Assembly (NCBI RefSeq): GCF_009914755.1
Contig: NC_060938.1
DNA from: the human T2T-CHM13v2.0 reference genome, Homo sapiens
Strand: one strand, 5' to 3'
Length of the DNA stretch: 64,000 nt
Shown: piece by piece, positions 53,794 through 64,000 of the stretch
How the letters are laid out: the number at the start of each line of letters is the position of its first letter
How positions within the stretch are numbered: position 1 is the stretch's first letter
The notes under the pieces: model-generated
Seen by the model: only the letters and a program-made list of their open reading frames with translations
The model's database searches: none
What the model was told of the DNA's origin: nothing
Translations under genes and position numbers: made by a program

Positions 53794-56700
53794 TACGGGA
53801 ATCTATCATATCTAGTGACCAGCAATAGCCTATTAGCAAAAAAAAAAAAACAAAAACAAAATAATTGGTTTACAGTATACAGTAAATAAAGGGAGACATA
53901 TTACCTCTACTTTCCACTTTCCCTCTCTTCAATATCCAAAAGTAATCTTGGAGTATAGTTGTTAGTTATTGCTTTTATTTAGTACCTAGAAACAAACTAA
54001 AGTTGTGACCTTAGGTAAGCATAGTTTAACTGTTTAAAACCATGTTAGAATATTAAAAATTAATTGACTTCATATTCCATTATGTAGATATGTGTATAGT
54101 CATGTAGGCACAAATTTATTTTTCAGAGCACCTCTGTGGAGTTGAGGCACAAGAGACAATTCTATAAATCATATTCTCCTAAGACTACATTGATACGGTC
54201 TTCCTTACATGATTTTTTTCTGTTTTTCCTTTGACCACTTTTCTTATCTATCTATATTTTATCAGTTAAAAAATTAATTTTCTCTTTTGGGCAATTTTCA
54301 TACTTTTCCCAATATTAAAGTCATTAACCCTGTAAGTATATACATGAAAGATGATATATTCACATATACCAATCTAGTTTTTCTGCTAATGATGATGAAC
54401 TCATAATGCTGGCATGAGTTTGCCTTCTGGGAACATAAATTCTTCATATTTACATTTTAGAGAACATTCTTTTATAATTTGAAAGAGAGAAAAATTTAAA
54501 ATATTTTTATTTTTAGGGTAGAGAAAAATATTTAGAATTGCTATCGCATGACCATGAGGTGAAACCGAGGAATTCATATAGGGGATGAAGGATCAGAGTG
54601 GATGTTAAGTAACTGTGTATGCAAACATGTCTGTTTTCTTCTGCTTATGCTCTAAAAAGTCATTTTAGATAAAATCCAAATATATTCAAAGCCATTTCCA
54701 AAATCTTGAATTTGTAGTTATTTTTGTTTCTCATTTGAATTGAACCTTATGAAATTCTAAACTATTGAAGATTCAAAAATGCCATTCTACATAAAATCTG
54801 TGGCTGTGAGATTAAAATGAATTATATAGATTCTAAGAGTTTATGTCGTTCAATTGTAAGATAAGTAGTTATACTATTGAAAAAGATTCTAACAGAACAA
54901 TTAATCAGGCACCAATTATCATATGTGTGAGCTCCATTGCCTCTAAGTGATTATATGAGGAAGGTGGAAGGTGAAAATAAAACTGGAAGAAATATCCCCA
55001 AATATGTATTTTGTTTCACTAATTCAAAAAAACAAAATTAAAATTAAATGGTCTCTATCCAGTTTACTTATATCACCATGTTCTGATGTTTTAAAACTGT
55101 AGATATATTATAGCCTAATTATCATCATATCAGTAGCTACTATCTGGGTCTAGAATAAAACTGGCTTTTCAGAAATTTTGTTTCTAATATGCAAGTTAAG
55201 TAGAAATCATTTACTGTATTGACTTTATTTCTTCTACATTTGTACTGAATATTTATATGTAGTTAAATCACATAAACACTAAATTCAGCCCTCTAGAATT
55301 TGAACCTTGTAATCTTAAAGCATCAGTGTGAACTGTAGTTCTTTGTGTTAGTTTAACATAACATAAATAACAAGTCACACTAAAATAGGATTAAAGTTTT
55401 GCATGCTTTACACTCCAACAGTCAATGAATACCACAAAATGAAGAATAAAAATAATCAAACCCCTGTTATACAACAAGCTCCTGTAAAATAGACTCTCTT
55501 TTGGTAAAGTAAAAAAATGTGATTTATAATTTCATTTCTGGCCAGTTATTGAATGTCAATTATTGTGTACTCTGTATTAAAAAAAATCTTGTCTATCAGT
55601 TTAAATTCAAGTTCATTGATTGCATAAATAGTGACTGTGCCTTAGATATATGTGATCAATGATCTAATTTACCCAGGCTATGGAGAAACCACCTGAAGGA
55701 AAAAAGAAAAATCCAGGTTTTAACAATAAAGGATACATGATGGTCTTCTGATTTGAATAAGAAAGCTTACTTTCTATAATGCACTTATTTAAGAGCTTCC
55801 AGATTGAATATTTTGATGGAAATGACTGGTCTATTTTAATGAACTAGATTAATTTATCCAAATATTCAATTTCTATTATTATTTGCTTATTGATCAGTAA
55901 TTAGAGAATGATTCAATTATGGAGAATGCCAAAGAAACCATTAGAGATGCAAACACATTCTTCACAACGTATTTTTAAAAACACATCTAAAATGAAAAAC
56001 AACATAAAACTTTTGCCCACCCTACTTTAAAATGTATGTTTCCTAAACTTTTTTTCTGGTTTTAATACACATCACTAATGCTAATGTGAAATTAATCGCA
56101 GTTTTTTTTAAACTTTAGCATTCAGGGTATGTTTTCTGCCTTAAAATTACATATAAATAAAATATTAAAGTTTCACACACTCACTTGCAAATTAGCATGT
56201 GTGTATGTGTTACAAAAGGAATTTACATAAAACTTACTTATGAAAAAATCTACCAAAATTCTTGAGGTAGGCCACCCTTGTTTACTGAAAAAATCTAAAT
56301 GTAAAGTTTCCTGTGTTGAAATAATTATCGAGACAAATATGAAAGAGTCATTTCATGTTGGTGAAACCTATTTGTTATCACAAATCTTTCTTTAAAATAG
56401 ATTAGGCTGAAAAAGGTTGAATTAGAATTTTAGTTTTTAGCTTATGCCCATTTCCTCACAATTACTAATGTACTCAAACAGGAAACTTGGTCTATTCAGA
56501 AAAAATAGGGTAGACAACAGTTATTGTTTTGTTAGTAGGAACACATTGAGAGCTAGCTAGATGATCAAACATACACATGCCCAGATTTCCTGAAAAATGG
56601 TTCAATATCACTGCCCTTTTATCATACAAATTCAGGCACGAATTTCCTTTAAAATTTCCCTTTATTTCCCTGTATTTTTAATTGGCATTGTTACTTGAAC

Positions 56701-57481
56701 TTTCCCACTGTTGCAGGACATCAGTAAGTACAGCATCAGCTACTGGTGGGCTCAAATATTGATAATATCAAAGCACAACCCTGGTGTAGAGAATCCCTCC
56801 ATTCATAGATTTCCTCACTCCTCACCATCTCCTTCACCTGAACCTCATAGCCACTTTACCCAACTTTTGTTCATGTTATCTCAGTTTTTCTGTCTAGACT
56901 TCTTCCACAGATAATAATTGACCACCAGTTCCAGAAATCTTGCCCTAATTTCTATTCCACAGGAATGGGCTTCTGAAACGTAGTCCTAATCACTGGTTGA
57001 GACTTAGCCCTCATTTTCTTAGCAATTGGCATCTTAATAGATGAGTCACCACAAACAGTACCTGACTCTTAATTACTGTCAAAATCTTGAGAGAGTCTCC
57101 TAAATTCAAATAACATGTTTTGTCCTCTATATCGCTCTCCTTTTACTCGGTGACTCTTCCTCTGGTCTCTAGATATCTATCACATCTTAGAAAGACACCC
57201 ATTTACCCCTTTGAAAAACAGAAGGAATCTAAGGATGATCACAGATAAATTTGTGAATCTTTCAATATTGATCTTTAGTAACCTTCTAGCTGCTGCCTTT
57301 GAATTTGAAACTGGTGGCCTGTCTCTTTGGAAGGCTCCATCAACTTTCTTTCTTTTGCTACTGCCAGTCACAGACAATGCTTTAAACTTACTTTCTTCAT
57401 TTCCCCTTCTGGAAGAAAATACATTAATAGTAACTAATATTTATGGATTATGTCATAGTTTCTAAATGTGGATATTGCATC

Positions 57482-57839
57482 TATATTGGTCTATTTTCAC
57501 GCTGCTATAAAGAACTGTCCTAGACTGGGTAATTTACAAAGGAAAGAGGTTTAACTGACTCACAGTTCAACATGGCTGGGAATGCATCAGGAAACTGACA
57601 ATCATGGCAGAAGGCAAAGTGGAAGCAAGGTCCTTTTTCACATGGCAGCAGGAAAGAGAAGAGTGAGTAGTGAAGGGGGAAGAGCCACTTAGAAAACCAT
57701 CAGATCTCCTGAGAACTCATTATCATGAGAACAGCAGGGGGGAACTGCCCCCATGATCCCGTCACCTCCCTAGACATGTGGGGATTATGGAGATTACAAT
57801 TCAAGATGATTTGGCTGGTGACACAACCAAACCATATCA
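57482..57839 (-). mobile_element. THE1C/D solo LTR (MaLR), inserted in a MIR remnant
   Basis: ttcacgctgctataaagaactg..agactgggtaattta..ggaaagaggtttaa..gactcacagttc..aaaccatcagatct..aaccatatca; 5-bp TSD GCATC / GCATT. Confidence 0.93.
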
Positions 57840-59399
57840 GCATTTCTACTTTTCTATTGAGTATAATTCTTGCACAGATTTATTGTTATTTTAAAGATTA
57901 GGTAACAAAAATGCACAAAAAAATTATTTTCTGAAGATCTTAATGATAGTATGAGAGAAATCAAAGATGAATATTTGGTCTTGTCTTTGCTGATGTTATG
58001 CTCTTTTCATTACACATTCCATTACTAATTATATTCATGTTAATGTTAATTAAAGACAGGATCTCAGAGGTGTTGGTTGCCTTATGTTATTAATCTTTTA
58101 TAGTTCACCTTTCCTCCCACACATTCCTATCCATCTCCCTTCCCCACATGTGGGAAATCTCAAACATTTGCAATATGTCAGCAGCATCAATTTTATTTTT
58201 TTTTTCATTGGGGGCCATGATGTTTTACTTGGAATACCATATTTAAATTCAACTTCAGGCAAAAGATTATAGTTTTAAATTTTCTAAACCAATTATATTC
58301 TTATTCCGCATGAGTCTTATTCTAAAATACCTAGAAATTAAAGAGACAACACCTTAACAGAACAAGTAGAACACACTGAACATTACTGATGAAATAATGG
58401 GGTGCAGAAAGTGCTAGTAAAAAGGCTTGTTTGGACTTTTAACATCTTTATAAAACTGCTCACTTTAAGTGCAGAAGTAAAAATATAAATGATAGGGTCC
58501 TGTGTCCTTAGGCCTTTGTCTATCCCCTGGCAGGGACATTCTGTCTGTCTGGAAGTACTATTTGGTGGATTTCTCCTTCAATACCTCTTTCTGTCTTCAT
58601 GAAAGTACAGTATAAAGAATCTACCGGCAGTAAGTGATGCATGGGTAAGCCCTGTAGTGATGTACTACACATTCCAGGAACCGTTCATCTGCTCTTATTG
58701 CTTACAAGCTGAACCAATTTGGGGATAAATATTTCAACACTTCTTAACACAGTTTTGCTGAGCTCAACAATTTACCAATTTAAGCATACCAGAGACTCAA
58801 ATACTTTGTATATATTGGGTGGAGGGAGCAGAGAGAAAGAAAGAGACAGACACAGAATGGGAAAGGAAGAAGGAGAGGAATGAAAGCAGAGAGAGAAAGA
58901 GAAAGAAAGAGAAATATTTCTGGAGGGAAATGACCATTTCCATGAAAGAAAATACATAATACTTTCTCTATTGCACTGTACTTTCTGGAATTCTCATTCA
59001 GATTCTTTTTCAATCATTTTCTCAAGCTGAGTGTCCAGGGAACATCTTTCATTGGCTCACATGTTGGTCTGTTCGTGCTGCACAAGTTATAAGACTGAAG
59101 CTCCATTAATACCTCAATTACTTTTCAGCACTGGATGGCCATGAAAAATTCAAGAGATAAGAAATACAGCTCCATGATGGAATGAATATAAGGATGTGTC
59201 CCCTAAAAAAAAGTTCTAAAAATTTCTTCTAAAGATTTTTTTCTTATGCCTCCATATTTTTCTTTTATTTTTATGTAAAAACATAACTTTTCCTTTCACT
59301 GAAAAGCGATTATATTCTCAGGTGCGATGAGAGTCAGTATCTGTTTTTTTTTTACCTTTTAAAATATAATTTAAATACAATATTTTATATTTTCTATTT

Positions 59400-61080
59400 A
59401 TATTAAAACTATTTGTACAAATAATTTCAAGTGATGAATGATACCTCAAGGCTTGTTCAGAACAGAGTTGGCACTGCTTCTCCTTCTCCATGTCTCATCC
59501 CTTACAGCAAACCCCTTCTTTTAGATTATTTTGGTGTATTCTCCTGTATTTGCAAAACATGTAATTATGTCACTCTGTGTATCTCTCTGTGTGTATCTCT
59601 CTCTCTCTGTCTCTGTCTCTGTCTCACTATTTCTCTCTCTGTCTCTCTTCCTCATTCTTCCCAATTCAAATCAATCTGTTAAGTTTCCACTATGGATGTT
59701 GGAACCTCCCCAGTTATCACACATGCCCTTTCTTCTTCCACACCTCCCACTATAATAATTGTACAGTTTTGGATTAGAAAATGTTCATTGTTTTTATTAT
59801 GAACATGTAACCATCACTCACCACTGAGGCATGCAATATGCATGATACCTTTCTAACCCTGTGCAACGTTTTCTTATTTTCTTGTTTATTGTTTGCATAC
59901 TTATGTCAAACTCCCCTTCAGTTATCTAGATCTTTTCCTAATATGCTCTACCACACTGGAGTTGTGATCAGTTTCTCCTTTTTGAAAAAAAAAAAAAAAT
60001 CTATCCCAAACTTGTGTGCTGACTGCATTGGGTCTTTTCCAGGCATCTCAAGGGTCACCCTTTTGGCTTTGGCCTTCTTGGAAATCCAAGTGAGACCCTT
60101 CAATTCTATGCTCATTTAAAAATCTCCTCTTTCCTCTATTTGGTGTTTTTGTTTTCTTCCTTGATTTATTCCCTCTTTTTGGTCGAGCACATACCCTAAT
60201 AGCCTTCTGAAGAAGAATGCACAACAGATTAATTATTAGAGTCTTTGTCTGCAAGTATGACTTTTCCTTTGGATATTTGAAGGTTTGTTAAATTTCTAGC
60301 TTTGAGAGCTTTGAGTGTTGCATATGAACATCAGAATCATTACTATTTCTTATCTTTAAGTGTGATTTCCTCCATCTCTGAAAGCCAAGAATTTGATTTT
60401 CTTTGAACCAAGTGCTATAAGATGTCATGATGACTATCTTGACTTATGTTGATATCCACCTATTGGTGTGAGCATTCATTGATCTCTTTCAGTCTGAAAA
60501 TTCATGACCTTCAGATCTTAGACATTCCTTGAATTAATTTTCTTGCTTTTTTTTAATAATTTCATTTGCTGATCTTTGTTTTTATGAATTTTCTTGCATT
60601 CTAATGCTGGATCTCTTGCAATAGAATATTTGGTGGTTTTTGCTTTTTGGGTTTTTTTAAAAGTCTAATATTTACCTTTTTGTGCCTCTACACTCAGATT
60701 TCTAGATTTCTTTAACTTTACCTTGCAAAAATTCTCAAAAGTTTTTCATTTCTCCTGTTGTATTTTGAATTCTCATAAACTCTTTAAATGTGGTTCACAA
60801 TGATCTTCTCTGTACCCTCTTGATCATTTTTCATAGGTACAATATTGGTAATTTTCTGACATTATTTTCTTATAAACTGTTTGTGCCTTTGGGTTTTTTC
60901 TTTTTGTGTTTACTTAGGCTCTGCCTTTGATATTTAAGCTTTCCTCTGCTGCATCTTGATTCTTGACTGTCTGCTTATGTTTAAGAAATGTAAGATGCTT
61001 GATAGGAAATCCAGTAAGTAGGGGTGGGCTTGGTAATGGTGGTTCCCATTCTAGGAAGATAAGTATGTGCTGTTCTCTGC
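59400..61080 (-). mobile_element. Ancient HAL1/L1ME-like remnant
   Basis: T-rich degenerate reverse-L1 ORF1-like motifs (gagcacat.cccta.tagc.ttctga, ctttcagtctgaaaattcatg.ccttcag); contains a CT-rich low-complexity tract at ~59573-59660. Confidence 0.45.
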
Positions 61081-61449
61081 TAAGTTTCTGAAATTAATAT
61101 CTTTGGAATTTTTTTGTCTAAATATCTATACTCTATCAAGTCCCTACCCATTTTATGCCTGCTTGCATTTTCTCTTATCATCATCACCTTCATCATTTTC
61201 CTCCTCTCCTTTATTATCTCCAGCTTCTAATGCAATGGCTAACAGAGTATTTGCAAAACAAAAATGAGTTGAGTGTGTCTTATATATATTACATATATAA
61301 ATTTATATAATATTTATTACATTACATATTATATATACCAGGAGAGAAGAGAGAAAGGAAGATATTTCTTTAACTTTTATTTGACAACAAAATGAATCAA
61401 AATAATTTTAAAGGACTAGGTTATATATTACTCAGTTTATCTTTAAAAG

Positions 61450-61900
61450 AGTTGGGATATGTTTGGTGACAATAACAGAATTCCTGACTATAAAAGTGGC
61501 TTAGTTACAAATAATGTATTTTTCTCACATCACCAGAGATAGCTGCAGGTAGACTGTTCAGGGCATGTTCAAGGTCTCAGTGATGACAGGGTCTCTTGCA
61601 TCTCTCTACCTCTATTCATGGCTCCATGTTGGCAGCAGCATTTCCTAACATAGTTACAGAAAATGATGTCCAAGTAAGGAAGAAAGCTGAAGAGTGCTGG
61701 GGACATCCTTTTGCATCTCTCTCTCTCTCTCTCTCGTTTTCTGTCTCTCTCTCATACAGGGGTGGAGGTAGCAGACAAGATTTTCTTCAGAAGCCCCCTT
61801 AGAATTTTTATCATGTCTTATTGGTCAGTATTGAGTCACATTGTAAATACCAAGATGTTGAAATTACCAAGAGGATTTTCTACTTTCTGGACAGAGGCTT
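61450..61900 (-). mobile_element. Old MLT1K/L-like LTR
   Basis: gttgggatatgtttggtgacaataacagaa..agtggctta..atttttctcacat..ggtagac..cagggc; ttattggtcag..tcaca. Confidence 0.5.
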
Positions 61901-62471
61901 TACTGATATAATGGCTGTTCTTTCTGTCCTTTCACATCTACACTCACTGTCTCACTGCATGTGTCCAGGGTCCTTTGCCTCCAGCCTCCATTCTTTGATG
62001 ATAGAAGCAATCAAAAACATATTTAAATTAATGAATACATGGATAAAATAGGTTGCAGGTTTAAAAAATGCCATTTTGATTGGTGTCATTTAGCAACAGG
62101 TGTGAAATGCAGGAAATTCAGCTTGAGTAACAGGGCCATTCTGGTGCCCCTGACATTGCCTTACACATAAGCTTAAACTTAACAATCAAGATATATTTGT
62201 ATGAAGTCACAGGACATTAGTATGGGTAAATCTTGTTACATATTTAGACAAAACAATTTTTGACCAGTTCATTCAAATAAGAAATTCTTAATGAAAAAAA
62301 TTACTCTCAAAGAAGCAAAAGTATGACTCAACAAATACACATTTTGGACCTACTAAGTTTAGGAGATTCTTTTTGTGGCAAAGACAAACTTAAAGGAATT
62401 TATAAAGGTTGGCTTCTATGAGGAAGTCACTAAGTGATAGAAGAGCTGACCCAGTGAGTGATATATTTGAG

Positions 62472-62533
62472 TGTGTGTGTGTGTGTGTGTGTAGAAATAC
62501 TATATATAAATGTATATATACTAATATATATGT
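62472..62533. repeat. (TG)n microsatellite with TA-rich flank
   Basis: About 10 TG units, then short TA runs. Confidence 0.85.
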
Positions 62534-63200
62534 ATTTACTTTGTTCTTCTTTCTACCTATTTTCTGCCTACTAATTGAAATTTGTGGCAGAGAATTATTA
62601 AACTCTTTGCCAGAGGATAATAATGCATATTCCATATACATTCCTTGCAGTATTATTGAGAGGATAAAATGAAAATGCACACGACTCTCTTCATTAAAGG
62701 TATTGTTATAAATAACATCTCTGTGCTGGCTGGATGGTGTTTTCTATTTAATCCCTTTACTTGTAAGAGTAGGTGGGCAAAAATTGCGAGCATAAGAGAT
62801 CCCTCAAAGACACAAGAAAGAGGGAGGGAGAAGACTATTTTCATGTAAAGATAGGATTCAAGAACTGGGAATATGTAACAATATCAATGACAATTCAAAA
62901 AATAGTATTTTGCTTTTAGAGTAAGCAAAATACTATTAGTATGTGTTTTACTAGAGTTTTTTTAGTTTAAATTTTTTTTAACTTTTAAAAACTTTTTTTA
63001 ACTTTGAAAAGTTTGGAAAATTCTTGTCCAAATTCAAAACTAAAAGAAGGAGAAGAAAAAGAAAAAGAGCCTCGTTGCTTGCATGTAGGAAATGAAGAAA
63101 ACATAAAGAGCTTCCTGCAACTAGATGGATGAAACTTCAGGTAAGGGTGTTGGACAAGGTTTCCGCAACCAGACTTTCCATACAGACTGACTTCCCTTAA

Positions 63201-63542
<342 letters not shown>

Positions 63543-64000
63543 TGTTTTGCCTTTTTGAGAGTGAGTACCCTAAATGTTAAATAAAGAATGACATTATTTG
63601 AATAAAAAAGCGGTATTCATTTTGTTTTATTGTTTTTAATTATCTAATTTTTTCATTTTTTCTTTCTGTTTATTAGTTCCACTTTGTTCATAGCTAAATT
63701 TAACAAAATATATAAAAATTATATTCTGGTTAAAAACACAGCTTCAAATAAAATTCATGCTTTAGTGATTGACATCCAGTGGCTTCTGGGTAGTGTTTTC
63801 AGCTCACACTGATTAGGAAAAAATAATGACTATTAAGTGAGTGCACTGATTTTAAATAAAATAATTTCCCACTTAGTCTCATTTTTAAAATGCTAATTTA
63901 ATGACCTCTCAAGTTTTTTGATACATGAAACACTACCAATGACATGGAAGGTACCAATAAAATGGGAGGAAAAAAAGATATGGGAAACTGATATTGACCT

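Overview
AT-rich, CpG-poor simian primate genomic DNA, most likely human (AluS/AluY, THE1 and L1PA elements present). I find no supportable protein-coding exon, RNA gene or CRISPR array. The ORF track consists of decayed LINE-1 ORF1/ORF2 pieces, Alu/microsatellite read-throughs and chance ORFs. About half the window is transposon-derived: a near full-length L1PA7/8-like element (1-5729, -), a full-length L1PB1-like element (9866-16075, -), an internally deleted L1MA (16551-19028, -) holding two Alus, and a four-level nested cluster at 29.3-36.5 kb (L2 > L1MA > twin-primed L1PA16 > two AluSp, plus another AluSp and a MER47). It also holds a truncated L1PA with TSDs (50484-51745, +), L1MC1, HAL1-like DNA, MaLR/ERV solo LTRs, MER20/MER5A/Tigger2, MIRs and microsatellites. 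Subfamily names come from remembered consensus motifs, not a RepeatMasker run. I did not find a convincing new biological system. Most notable are a very young 199-bp tandem duplication (198/199 identical), in-frame rearrangements in the L1PA7/8 ORFs, three independent L1 breakpoints at nearly the same ORF2 position, a textbook TACTAAC/polypyrimidine/CAG acceptor in unique DNA, and an HNF1/FOXA/ONECUT-like motif cluster.
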